Below, piece by piece: positions 38,442 to 48,015 of a stretch of 64,000 nucleotides of DNA. The DNA is taken from IMG/VR virus record IMGVR_UViG_3300042540_001084. One strand, written 5' to 3'. Made by a program: the position numbers and the translations under genes. Below the pieces are notes generated by a model. That model did no database searches. It was not told where the DNA came from and saw only the letters and a program-made list of their open reading frames with translations. Each line of letters begins with the position of its first letter. Positions within the stretch are counted from its first letter, which is position 1. The DNA is from an uncultured virus (IMG/VR IMGVR_UViG_3300042540_001084) (lineage: Duplodnaviria; Heunggongvirae; Uroviricota; Caudoviricetes).

Positions 38442-39803
38442 TTACTTGTTCAAGTATGTTACTAAATCCTCCGGTGTCCCAAGACCCCACATTTTGTCTA
38501 TACGGTAATTTATCACTTTTTTACCGTCAGGTATTGCCTCATTAAAGACAGGACACACATAAAATTCATTATTAACTCTTACGTTCTTACTAATCATTTG
38601 TTCTGCATATTTTACATAATCAGAACCTTTCTTCCAGTAATATATTCCTACAGTTGCTATGTCAGAAATTGGATTCTTTTCGGCAACTTCACTAACAAAA
38701 CCAAATTCATTTAATTTTGCAAAAGACCATTTTGGGTGGGTAGATTCGAATGTTACAATACCTCCATCAACATCAGTTTCTTTCATTTTATACATAAACT
38801 CGTTAGAGTCCCACTCAATAAATTGGTCTGAGTTTGCAAGGATTAACGAATCGTCATTATTGATGAATTCTTTGGCTAAAAGGGTGGTACACGCAGCACC
38901 TTCCGTAACACCGTCAACTTCAACTATTTTACAGTTTGGACTGATTAAATTTAATAATGTGTCTAAATTGTATTTTTCTCTGTGTGATTTTTGAACTATG
39001 TAAATAAAGTTCGCATCAAGGTTTAAGTTTTCACTTACAACCTTAATCATTGGTTCACCCTTAACATCTATTAGGGGTTTTGGAAAACTATATCCGGCCT
39101 TTTCAAAACGAGAACCGGCACCCGCCATAGGTATAAGAACATTTAATTTTTTGTCTGACCACTTTGGGCTTTTCATTGTAATATGATTAATCTCACTTAA
39201 TTTATTGTATACATTTTTTGTATTAACTTCATCTGGTGATGACACTCTCATAATTTTTGAATGGGACCTTGATGCTGCTAATAACCCGTATGGAGAGTCC
39301 TCAATAATTAATGTTTGTTCCGGTAAGCATTTCATTTTCGAAATGCAAGTCCAATACATTTCAGGGTGTGGTTTACTATTAATCACATCTTCATTTGATA
39401 TGATAATATCGAAAAACTCAATTATTTGAAGTTTCGATAATACAGTTAAAACCGTCTTTCTAATTGAGTTACTGCAACAGGCGATTTTATACCCATCTTT
39501 AGATAAGTTTTTAAATAACTCGACAATATGTTTTGATGGAACCGTTTCAGTTAATTTCTCGATGGTTAATTTTTGTTTTTCTAACCATATTAAATTATGC
39601 AGGTTAGAATCAAGATTTTTTTCCTTAGTTAAAATATCCAACTTTTGATTTGTTTTTAACCCATCAAATTTACCCAAATGTTCTTCCCAAGGAATTACAC
39701 ATTCAGGTTGATATTTTACGATTGCGTCATTTAATGATTCAAAATGAATATTTTTTGTATCTATTAATACACCATCCAAATCAAAAATTATTAACTTTAT
39801 CAT
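38442..39803 (-). CDS. HAD phosphatase fused to a sugar-phosphate nucleotidyltransferase-like domain
   Basis: IFDLDGVL...KPHP...IEDS; IPMAGAGSRF..PKPLI, VAEK, LGTPEDL; ATG at 39803. Confidence 0.85.
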   Translation of the reverse strand: MIKLIIFDLDGVLIDTKNIHFESLNDAIVKYQPECVIPWEEHLGKFDGLKTNQKLDILTKEKNLDSNLHNLIWLEKQKLTIEKLTETVPSKHIVELFKNLSKDGYKIACCSNSIRKTVLTVLSKLQIIEFFDIIISNEDVINSKPHPEMYWTCISKMKCLPEQTLIIEDSPYGLLAASRSHSKIMRVSSPDEVNTKNVYNKLSEINHITMKSPKWSDKKLNVLIPMAGAGSRFEKAGYSFPKPLIDVKGEPMIKVVSENLNLDANFIYIVQKSHREKYNLDTLLNLISPNCKIVEVDGVTEGAACTTLLAKEFINNDDSLILANSDQFIEWDSNEFMYKMKETDVDGGIVTFESTHPKWSFAKLNEFGFVSEVAEKNPISDIATVGIYYWKKGSDYVKYAEQMISKNVRVNNEFYVCPVFNEAIPDGKKVINYRIDKMWGLGTPEDLVTYLNK

Positions 39804-40228
39804 TTGTATTGTTGAATATAATCTGAACAGACCCCATAACAATCTCCCATATCAAAAGAATTTAGTTCAGGTAAAACACAGATTGATTTTTTTGTTAATT
39901 CTTTATTTGGATAGGTCCAAATAAAACCTTTCGATGTTAAAGTAACATCATCATTTTGATGCCAAAAACAATGTATTTTTTTATTCTTTAACATCTTTTC
40001 GAGAGCTTGAATATTTTTAGCGTGACACCATAATAAATTGCTTTCTAAAAATGTCTCCTCAATTTTGTATTGAGCTTTGTCGTGACCTAAAAAATATTCA
40101 TCATTAACCACCCAAACATCAATCTCACAATTATAACCAAGAGATAAAGACTCAACAATATAATCAGGTGAGTTTTCTCTCTCAGGAATACGACCATTTA
40201 AATTACCTCTATGTGAAATTTTTTTCAT
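39800..40228 (-). CDS. Small PLC-like/GDPD-fold phosphodiesterase
   Basis: ISHRGN, EN.P, EIDVW, LGHD, GVCSD. Confidence 0.75.
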   Translation of the reverse strand: MKKISHRGNLNGRIPERENSPDYIVESLSLGYNCEIDVWVVNDEYFLGHDKAQYKIEETFLESNLLWCHAKNIQALEKMLKNKKIHCFWHQNDDVTLTSKGFIWTYPNKELTKKSICVLPELNSFDMGDCYGVCSDYIQQYK

Positions 40229-40230
40229 AA

Positions 40231-40791
40231 TTAAAATTTAACCATCCAAATGTTATTTGTACCGATGATTACATTAGGAAAAAGTTCATCAACTGCTTGT
40301 TTAACACCACAAGTATGATTCCAATAATCGTGACCTGACATAATTCCACCTTCTCTCATTTTTGGTAACCAAGAAAGAATGTCTTTTTTTACTGACTCAT
40401 AATTATGGTCTGCATCAATAAACACAAAATCCACACTACCATCTTCAAATTGAGCTGCGGCGTCCCAAGTATTACCTTTAATGTCTTTAACAACATCTCT
40501 AACACCGGCATCAATTAAATTTTGATTATAAACATCATAAATATATTTCATTTGTGGTGTTAAATATTCGTTTCCTTCTTTGGTGTGAATGTACGAATCA
40601 TCAAATAAATCAACTCCGTATAGTTCAAATTTGTAAGTTTGTTCTAATAATTTTTTTGCCAAATAAGATAGTGAGTGACCTTTCCAAGTACCTAACTCAA
40701 CTAAAGTTTCATATTTTTTACTAGCAATTTCATTGTAAAATTCTTGGTAATTAAACCAATTTTCAGAATGTTGTATATCTTTAATTTCCAT
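40231..40791 (-). CDS. Class I SAM methyltransferase (Methyltransf_24-like)
   Basis: VELGTWKG.S, VDFVFIDADHNYE, GG...GHDY. Confidence 0.85.
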   Translation of the reverse strand: MEIKDIQHSENWFNYQEFYNEIASKKYETLVELGTWKGHSLSYLAKKLLEQTYKFELYGVDLFDDSYIHTKEGNEYLTPQMKYIYDVYNQNLIDAGVRDVVKDIKGNTWDAAAQFEDGSVDFVFIDADHNYESVKKDILSWLPKMREGGIMSGHDYWNHTCGVKQAVDELFPNVIIGTNNIWMVKF

Positions 40792-41002
40792 CTTTTTTTT
40801 CTATCAACCCAAATTTTATGTATTTGTACCAAACTCTTTCGTGTAAAAAGTAGATTACTGGTTTAAATAATAATTCACCAACACCCATTAAGGAAGCTAA
40901 TTTTATATCCGCTCCAAAAGAATATGCTACTAACACTGTTGTAAGTGTCCCAATCAAACGGTAACTTATAGTTTTACCAATATGTCTTTTAACGTTTACC
41001 AT
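40781..41002 (-). CDS. DUF2061-like small membrane protein
   Basis: RH..KTISYR..GT..T...YFLHERVW..IKFG. Confidence 0.75.
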   Translation of the reverse strand: MVNVKRHIGKTISYRLIGTLTTVLVAYSFGADIKLASLMGVGELLFKPVIYFLHERVWYKYIKFGLIEKKDGN

Positions 41003-41235
41003 TACTTAACAATTACAACATCACCCTTCCAAATAACTTCAGATGCCATACAAGAGATATGGTGTTTTGTTACCATTTTTTCTCTTGATGGGTCATACAC
41101 CGTATCAATAGTTGTGTGCATGGGTGTTTCTATTAAGATATTTGAACAAGTATGTTCAACACCGTTTATTAAAATTCTCCAATACATGTGATTATCATCA
41201 CAAACCGTATTGTATCTAATTTTTACATCAATCAT
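41002..41235 (-). CDS. Hypothetical protein
   Basis: Coupled ORF in the operon. Confidence 0.7.
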   Translation of the reverse strand: MIDVKIRYNTVCDDNHMYWRILINGVEHTCSNILIETPMHTTIDTVYDPSREKMVTKHHISCMASEVIWKGDVVIVK

Positions 41236-41636
41236 AATTTACCTTCTTTTTTCATTTGTTCACGAATTTTAGTTGCTGAAATATCTGCAATTTGCTGTGG
41301 TGGTATACGCTCAATAATATCGTAACCAACTCCTCTTCCAAATTCTATTGAGCAGATATCTGGAATAACCATAACTTTTACCTTTCCTTCCTCACATTCA
41401 TTTGAGTAATGTTCCATAATATTTTGTCTAACCTCTTCGGCAGCAAATGGATTTTTTTCGTCAGGGGCAATGTCTCTAATACAAATTAAAACATTCTTAC
41501 CTTCATCCATTGCTTGTTTAAAAAGTTCTTGGTGTCCAGGATGGAGTGGTTGCCATCTACCAACAAACATTGCGTATTGTCCATCTTTAGCGGGTAAGGA
41601 CGACCCTACGTGAATTTTTTTAGTCCAATTTTCCAT
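41232..41636 (-). CDS. HIGH-superfamily nucleotidyltransferase; candidate minimal ATP sulfurylase
   Basis: GRWQPLHPGH, GRGVGY, ISATKIRE; located next to cysC. Confidence 0.65.
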   Translation of the reverse strand: MENWTKKIHVGSSLPAKDGQYAMFVGRWQPLHPGHQELFKQAMDEGKNVLICIRDIAPDEKNPFAAEEVRQNIMEHYSNECEEGKVKVMVIPDICSIEFGRGVGYDIIERIPPQQIADISATKIREQMKKEGKL

Positions 41637-41637
41637 T

Positions 41638-41979
41638 TTATTCAAATCCTTTATCTCTATTTAAGTTTATACCAATTGCTCTTTCACCTTCTTTATCAGG
41701 GTCCATATCATTTATTAGATATCTTGGACCTCTTTCGATACCCATAACCAATTGATTGTATTTTATATTATTATCTTTTAATTCAAATTCAGTGTGGCTT
41801 CTCAAATTTTCAGGTCTTGCGGTAGTTAAAACAATATGATGACCTTCATAAAACCATTCATTTAATTTTTCAGCAACTGATGTTATTACTTCAGGTTTTG
41901 TGACTGGTATATCAGTAAACTTTCTATACTTAAAAATTGTGCCATCTATGTCACAAAAATAGGTGTTAAATTTCTTCAT
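41638..41979 (-). CDS. Small capless HAD phosphatase
   Basis: FCDIDGTI, LTTAR, LIND. Confidence 0.7.
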   Translation of the reverse strand: MKKFNTYFCDIDGTIFKYRKFTDIPVTKPEVITSVAEKLNEWFYEGHHIVLTTARPENLRSHTEFELKDNNIKYNQLVMGIERGPRYLINDMDPDKEGERAIGINLNRDKGFE

Positions 41980-42425
41980 ATATCTAATTCATTAATAATG
42001 TAAACCAATGAACCTTCTGGTGATTCATCTGTTGTATCAACATCAACATAATTTTCAGTTGGTGCTTCGTAATCTGCGACGTGGTAATTTTCACGTCCTC
42101 TTTCCTCAGTTGTGTGTACATATAATTCTACCATATTTTCACCCATTCTTTCCTTAAAAGAATCTCGAACTTCTTTATATGGTGCAACAACACTAACAAC
42201 AACGTCAAATCCTTTGTGACTACAAAAATGTGCCAAGTTTTGTGCGAATGTTATGTTTTTAATTCTACCTTCCCTTGAATAGTCTTTATTCTGAAAGATT
42301 TCTCTAATGTCATCACCATCAATGTGAATGACATTTTTTTTGTAATTTGATTCTAAATAACCTTTTAAATGGTTAGATAAAACCGTTTTTCCGTGGCCTG
42401 GCTGGCCTGTAAACCAATAAATCAT
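41976..42425 (-). CDS. cysC: Adenylyl-sulfate kinase
   Basis: WFTGQPGHGKT, IDGDDIR, YSREGRIKNI, V.PY...R, YEAP. Confidence 0.85.
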   Translation of the reverse strand: MIYWFTGQPGHGKTVLSNHLKGYLESNYKKNVIHIDGDDIREIFQNKDYSREGRIKNITFAQNLAHFCSHKGFDVVVSVVAPYKEVRDSFKERMGENMVELYVHTTEERGRENYHVADYEAPTENYVDVDTTDESPEGSLVYIINELDI

Positions 42426-42428
42426 AAT

Positions 42429-43028
42429 TTAGTATTTGAATTTAAATAAATTTATATCATATTCATAAATCTCTGACACCTTACGTATCAAATCTTCAGT
42501 ATAATAATCTTTGTAATTGTTGCTTTTTCTATCACTAAAGTTTACCTTTTCTAAATCAGGAATTAACTTATTAAACTCCTCATCAGTTTCTAAAGTTTCG
42601 TGATAAAAAACTTTATCAACTAAAATATTTTTTTCATTATCAGATATCCACACATATTGAGGTGCCCAACCTTGATGTTTTAAAGACGACCTGTCTTCAT
42701 ACAACATATTAACACACTCCTCAAATGTTTTATCTTTCAATGTATGGTAATCGAAATGAGCCGCGCCAACATTCGTGTCACTTACGTGGTGCCAATAACT
42801 TTTTTCCATACGAGCATACTCATAATTGGAAACGACCCTATCCCAAGGATTTCTAATGACGGCAAATTTGAAATATTCGTCCCATTTTTTAGGTTCTTTA
42901 TTTTTAATTTCTTTTGCCGAATCGTGACCACCCATATAAAATCTTGCAATTTTACTATTAGTAATTGCAGTACCAGCGTTTTTTGGTATATGGACAAAAA
43001 TTGTTTTTAGGTTATCTGATATTGGCAT
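42429..43028 (-). CDS. Sulfotransferase family 2
   Basis: FVHIPKNAGT (5'-PSB) and RNPWDRVVS.Y (3'-PB). Confidence 0.85.
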   Translation of the reverse strand: MPISDNLKTIFVHIPKNAGTAITNSKIARFYMGGHDSAKEIKNKEPKKWDEYFKFAVIRNPWDRVVSNYEYARMEKSYWHHVSDTNVGAAHFDYHTLKDKTFEECVNMLYEDRSSLKHQGWAPQYVWISDNEKNILVDKVFYHETLETDEEFNKLIPDLEKVNFSDRKSNNYKDYYTEDLIRKVSEIYEYDINLFKFKY

Positions 43029-43031
43029 ATT

Positions 43032-45008
43032 TTACAATATACTATTTAATAGGTTTATATCGTTAATATCTTTCGGTTCGTTCCTCTTTTCTTTCATATC
43101 TTTTATTATTTTTGGGGAAACAAATTTGACCCCTCTCGAATAGAAATGATTAACTGGATTGTGAATTATTTCATCATAATTAAGTTCATATCTACCAATA
43201 CCATATGAATTATGAGATTGTATATCATCACTTACTTTAATTAACGGTGCTGATTTTGTGTGGATATAATCTAAGTCTTTACCTTCTCTAAGACCATAGA
43301 TTGATAGTATTGAACTTGCGGTTACCGCATATTCATCAATATCTAAATTATTATCCTCAATATATTTTTTAAAACTATTTAATAAACCATCAAATTTTCT
43401 GTAATCTGATGGGGTACTATCACACATAAATTTTATTGAGTTCTGATTAAATACACATTGTGAAAGTCTGATAGTTTGGTCGTGAGTGTCATTTATATGA
43501 ACAGAATGTTTTCCTATATTAAAACGATTCCTAATTTCTTCTTTAGCTCTTACAGACTGCTCAACACTATCAAATTCAACTAAGAAGATTGTTACAGGTG
43601 CGTTTTGTGTAAAACACAAACCTTCTTTCTGTCTATAACCAATGTAATTGTTTTGATGATTACCAGCCCATTGTTCACCGGCATATAACTCTCTCATAAA
43701 GTTTAGAGGACCGTTCTTTTCTAATTTTATTTGTTTGTAATAAAATACAGAACCGTATTTTTTTAGAATAGAAAGAGGTACTTCGATATTCCCTCCTGTT
43801 GATGGAAAAACGCTAACAATATAAGTGTTATTTTTTAATTTTGCGTATTCAAGAGCAACTCTATCACATAGAGTTTCACTTAAATTTAATTTTTTGAATT
43901 CACCCTCCCAAGAACAAATTAGTTGACCGTCTTTAATACTTGTAGATTCTTCAGTAAAAACATTCTTATTTAAAGCTAAACTCGCGGCCAATCTGTGAGC
44001 ACCATTAACAATATATTTATCATTCACCACAGGGATTTTTGATATTTGTGGGTCAAATCCATTCTCACTTATATTAGTGATAATATCTTTAAAAGTATTG
44101 TCAAATACCTCGAATGAATTTTTTGATGGGTTTGAAATTTCAAAACAATTATTCCATTTTATTAAATGTTCTTTGTATAAATTTTTGTACGTATCTGTCT
44201 GATAATTTTTAATTATAGATTGTGCGTAAAGATATTTAACAATCACATCAAATCTTTGATTTGTAATTAAATCGTGTGGGTTTGTTGATTCGGAACCTGA
44301 TAATCTTTTGTATGGTTTCTTATTCCTAATTATTGACGTTGTATTATTCACAACTGACATATTAACTTTATGGTCATTTAACGGGTTTGATTCGTTATAG
44401 ACGTATAAAATTTCAGGTATGAACTTAAAGTGTTTTTCGCCTGACATCTCAACCATTGGAAACATAAATGATAAATCCCCAGCAACCGACCAATATTCGC
44501 CATTAGAATCCATTAAATCAGACTGCTCAATTTTTTTCCATAACCAAGATTTCCAAGTTCTTAAATGCGTTAGGGTAAAAGTTTGTTTTCTAATGTCTAA
44601 TAAATTATGTGGTTTTTTTGCAAAACCAAGTCTACCATCGTGATACTTAAATGAACCACTTGTCATCCAAATATCAGGGTTTTTATAAACATCGTCAATA
44701 AACCCTAATACATTTGAATTAGGTAACCAATCATCACCATCTACTTCAACACAAACCTCATCATCAGGTATGTTTAAACCTCTGATTACTTGGTCGTAAT
44801 TTCCTGGTTGATACATCTTTTTTGTATTTTCAATCAATACAAATCTATCGTCACCCTTAATAGTCTCTTTGATTATTGACACTGTATTGTCGGTAGACAT
44901 ATCATCAGTAATATAACAAGTAAAGTTTTTAAAACGTTGACTCATTATACTCAGTAAAGACCTTTCTACAAAATTTTCACAATTATATGTTGTTGTAAGA
45001 ACTATCAT
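43032..45008 (-). CDS. GT2 fused to ParB/Srx-like and nucleotidyltransferase-like domains
   Basis: DDMSTD and VDGDD (GT2); IVNGAHRLAA; SSILSIYGLREGKDLDY. Confidence 0.7.
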   Translation of the reverse strand: MIVLTTTYNCENFVERSLLSIMSQRFKNFTCYITDDMSTDNTVSIIKETIKGDDRFVLIENTKKMYQPGNYDQVIRGLNIPDDEVCVEVDGDDWLPNSNVLGFIDDVYKNPDIWMTSGSFKYHDGRLGFAKKPHNLLDIRKQTFTLTHLRTWKSWLWKKIEQSDLMDSNGEYWSVAGDLSFMFPMVEMSGEKHFKFIPEILYVYNESNPLNDHKVNMSVVNNTTSIIRNKKPYKRLSGSESTNPHDLITNQRFDVIVKYLYAQSIIKNYQTDTYKNLYKEHLIKWNNCFEISNPSKNSFEVFDNTFKDIITNISENGFDPQISKIPVVNDKYIVNGAHRLAASLALNKNVFTEESTSIKDGQLICSWEGEFKKLNLSETLCDRVALEYAKLKNNTYIVSVFPSTGGNIEVPLSILKKYGSVFYYKQIKLEKNGPLNFMRELYAGEQWAGNHQNNYIGYRQKEGLCFTQNAPVTIFLVEFDSVEQSVRAKEEIRNRFNIGKHSVHINDTHDQTIRLSQCVFNQNSIKFMCDSTPSDYRKFDGLLNSFKKYIEDNNLDIDEYAVTASSILSIYGLREGKDLDYIHTKSAPLIKVSDDIQSHNSYGIGRYELNYDEIIHNPVNHFYSRGVKFVSPKIIKDMKEKRNEPKDINDINLLNSIL

Positions 45009-45059
45009 ATTAATTTTTATACTAAAATAATAATTTTTTAGTAAAAATAAATAAGGACT

Positions 45060-46679
45060 TTAAACTACCGAATAAAGATATTCATCAATTACTTGTTTAG
45101 TAACATTTTCCGAATAGTATTTATCCACATCAGTTGGGGGTTCGTGATACTCAATATCCATTATATTCCCTTGAGCATCGACTTTATAAATCCAACCTGG
45201 TTTACCTGAAATCCAACCTTCAATAGTTGTTCTCCCTAATTGAATACCTGCAGTTTCTTTACACTTTGAAACATATTTCTCAACCGACCAAGTCGCAGGA
45301 TAATATTCTACGTGAGAGTGACTTTTTAATTCGTTTAAATAAATTGATTTATCTTCACCAACAACCACTAATTTCAAACCCCTTTCTTTAGTTTTCTCAA
45401 CTAAATCAAAAATTGTATTTTTTCTCAAATAATCTAAAGTACCGACAAACAGAACATAATCCTCACTTGTTGTCGATGATTTAAATTTTGTATTATCAAT
45501 TGGGTTGTAAATTACTTTAATTTTTTCCTCGTCGATTGAGTGTTCAGTAATCAAATAATCTTTAATTTCAGGTCTGATTGCAATGTATTTTTTAATAGAT
45601 TCGTGAACATATGGAATTTCCAAATCAATTACTTCAGAATGTATTGTGGATATTTTTGGTATGTTTGGATAAAGTCTACAAATATGTTCTGTGATTGGTT
45701 TGTGTTGAGTGTGAATTAAATCTACCATCAATTCTCCAACAGGGTATAGGACATTTGGTTGTGAAATTTCACCATTTTGAAAACTCCACTTTCCATCTCC
45801 TAATTTATAGCCCAAAGGTTCTCTAATTGAATAAACTTTGATACCATCTTTTTTTGCCATATCAGTTAAAGGACCACCAATTTCTGACATAACAGAAACA
45901 TCGTGTCCCATTTTCTTAAGTGACTTGGCTAATTGGTATACATAAAGTTCAGAACCTGTCAATGTTTTAAATGATAAACAAGTAAACAAAATCTTTAATT
46001 TTGTCTTAGGGTCTAATGCCAATTTTTGTGGTAGATGTTGATTGTATTTTTCCTCGAATTTTTTTCGATTTATCTCCCATTGTTCGTTAGTCATACCAAC
46101 TGATTTGTGAGTAATTCTTACGTTATACATAACACCAAGTTTTACACCACTTAAAAAGTTCTCAAAACAAAATGGAATATCGTAGAAGTGAAATCCCTCA
46201 AATTCTTCGACAAAGTTATGATTAATTCTATTCTTATGAACCACTAAAAAAACACCGTCAAGAACAACAACATCATCGATACCGTTTCCTAATGATGTGG
46301 AGTATTTTGATTCCCATTTTTTACCCCCACTTTCGTGATTAACAACACCATACATCTTTCTTCTGTCGGACCACCAAGTACCATTTTCACTCATAAATTT
46401 GGTACCAGCAACACCTAAAATTCCGTAATCTGTTTTTTCAAAATGTTTTAGTATTTTATGATACCATCCAGTACTATCAAAATAGATATCATCGTGACAA
46501 AAGATTACAATATCAGTTTCACTTTCATTTAAAATTTCATTATAAACTTGTGATAGTGATTTTTCACCATTATTAACTTTCTCAATAACCCTAACATTTT
46601 TGGCATAACCTGATGAGGTTTTTAAGTATTCAATAAACTCAGGTTTACTTTCTCGGGTAGAATATCCAATAGTAATCAT
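45060..46679 (-). CDS. Two-domain glycosyltransferase (GT-A + GT-B)
   Basis: FCHDD, GFHFYD; second half TGSELY...GHDV...GRTTIEG. Confidence 0.75.
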   Translation of the reverse strand: MITIGYSTRESKPEFIEYLKTSSGYAKNVRVIEKVNNGEKSLSQVYNEILNESETDIVIFCHDDIYFDSTGWYHKILKHFEKTDYGILGVAGTKFMSENGTWWSDRRKMYGVVNHESGGKKWESKYSTSLGNGIDDVVVLDGVFLVVHKNRINHNFVEEFEGFHFYDIPFCFENFLSGVKLGVMYNVRITHKSVGMTNEQWEINRKKFEEKYNQHLPQKLALDPKTKLKILFTCLSFKTLTGSELYVYQLAKSLKKMGHDVSVMSEIGGPLTDMAKKDGIKVYSIREPLGYKLGDGKWSFQNGEISQPNVLYPVGELMVDLIHTQHKPITEHICRLYPNIPKISTIHSEVIDLEIPYVHESIKKYIAIRPEIKDYLITEHSIDEEKIKVIYNPIDNTKFKSSTTSEDYVLFVGTLDYLRKNTIFDLVEKTKERGLKLVVVGEDKSIYLNELKSHSHVEYYPATWSVEKYVSKCKETAGIQLGRTTIEGWISGKPGWIYKVDAQGNIMDIEYHEPPTDVDKYYSENVTKQVIDEYLYSVV

Positions 46680-46689
46680 ATCTTATTTT

Positions 46690-47298
46690 TTAAATTCCTG
46701 TTGAACCAAATCCATTTGAACCACGTTCTTTATCCTCAAATTCATCTTCCACCAAAGAAACTTTTTTACCTGATTCTACAGGACATAAAACGCCTTGAGC
46801 AACCTTCTGTCCTTTTTCAACGGTAACCGCCATATTATTCATATTCATTAGAATAACTTTGACCTCACCTGTGTATCCTTGGTCTACAGTTCCAGGACTA
46901 TTCAAAACCATAAGTCCTTGTTTAATTGCCAACCCACTTTTAGTTCTTACTTGAATTTCAAAACCTTCAGGAATATCAAATGATAATCCTGTTGGAACTA
47001 ACTTACGTTCAAATGGTAAGAAATGGATTTCTTCTACACTGTGTAAATCAAAACCTGAATCGGTTTCATATGCGTACTTTGGGTCTACAGCATCTTCGTG
47101 TAGTTTTTTATAGAACAATGGTTTTTTTGTTAAGGCGTCCCCTAATAACTTTTCAAATTCGTCAAAAGGTAAACCTAAACGGGATTCAATTTCGGACATC
47201 AAATCCTCATCATCATTCTCGTCTTTAAAATTTTTAATTTCGTCGAAGAGTCTTTTAATCTCATCGTTTAATTCTGGGTCTGATTCAAAATCAATCAT
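46690..47298 (-). CDS. dut: Trimeric dUTPase with an acidic N-terminal extension
   Basis: SGFDL, KSGLA, GTVDQGYTGE, RGSNGFGSTG. Confidence 0.93.
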   Translation of the reverse strand: MIDFESDPELNDEIKRLFDEIKNFKDENDDEDLMSEIESRLGLPFDEFEKLLGDALTKKPLFYKKLHEDAVDPKYAYETDSGFDLHSVEEIHFLPFERKLVPTGLSFDIPEGFEIQVRTKSGLAIKQGLMVLNSPGTVDQGYTGEVKVILMNMNNMAVTVEKGQKVAQGVLCPVESGKKVSLVEDEFEDKERGSNGFGSTGI

Positions 47299-48014
47299 AT
47301 AAGTGCTTTTAATTTTTGAACAACATCAATTAATACCTGAACATCTCTTTCACAATATTCGGCAATTTCTTTTAACATACCTTTATTCCAATACGCGTCG
47401 TGAACCTTAGCCCCTGTAACCTCACCTTCTTTAGGAGATGGAACGTCCATACAGGTACACATAAGGTCCAAAGAACCAATTGCTGTGTATGCACCGTATT
47501 GCCAAATTTCTTTGGTGTCAATCGCTCTAATCTCCCAAGGTTTTGTGTCATAAGACGGTAAGATTGATGGTGGCATTAATCCGTTGATAATCATTCTTTT
47601 TGCCATCATAGGAATATCAAAGTTCTTAAGGTTATGTCCACACAACCAAAATTCTAATCTACCACAACGGTCAAGTAACTTTTGACAATCCACCAACAAG
47701 TGTTGTTCATTATCGTTGTGGAATGTTTGTTTCTTAATATCACCATTTTCCATAACAAACGCAACACTGATACAAACAATCTTTGCAAATTCAGGAACCA
47801 AAGCTGCTCGTGAAGAAAACACAAGATTTTTTTGTTCATCTTCGTTTTTACCAATCAGTTGGTCTTCAGGGAACCTTTTCAAAAACCAATCAAAATACTT
47901 ATCAAATTGTTCGGCAATTTTTGGGTATTCCTTTTTGCAATGGTCATAGTCTTTTGTTAGTCCGACAGTCTCAATGTCAAGAAAAAGAATTTTAGGTAAT
48001 GGAATCTTAATCAT
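47295..48014 (-). CDS. DEDD 3'-5' exonuclease (PolB-exo related)
   Basis: FLDIET, GHNLKNFDIP, YCERDV. Confidence 0.85.
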   Translation of the reverse strand: MIKIPLPKILFLDIETVGLTKDYDHCKKEYPKIAEQFDKYFDWFLKRFPEDQLIGKNEDEQKNLVFSSRAALVPEFAKIVCISVAFVMENGDIKKQTFHNDNEQHLLVDCQKLLDRCGRLEFWLCGHNLKNFDIPMMAKRMIINGLMPPSILPSYDTKPWEIRAIDTKEIWQYGAYTAIGSLDLMCTCMDVPSPKEGEVTGAKVHDAYWNKGMLKEIAEYCERDVQVLIDVVQKLKALI

Positions 48015-48015
48015 A

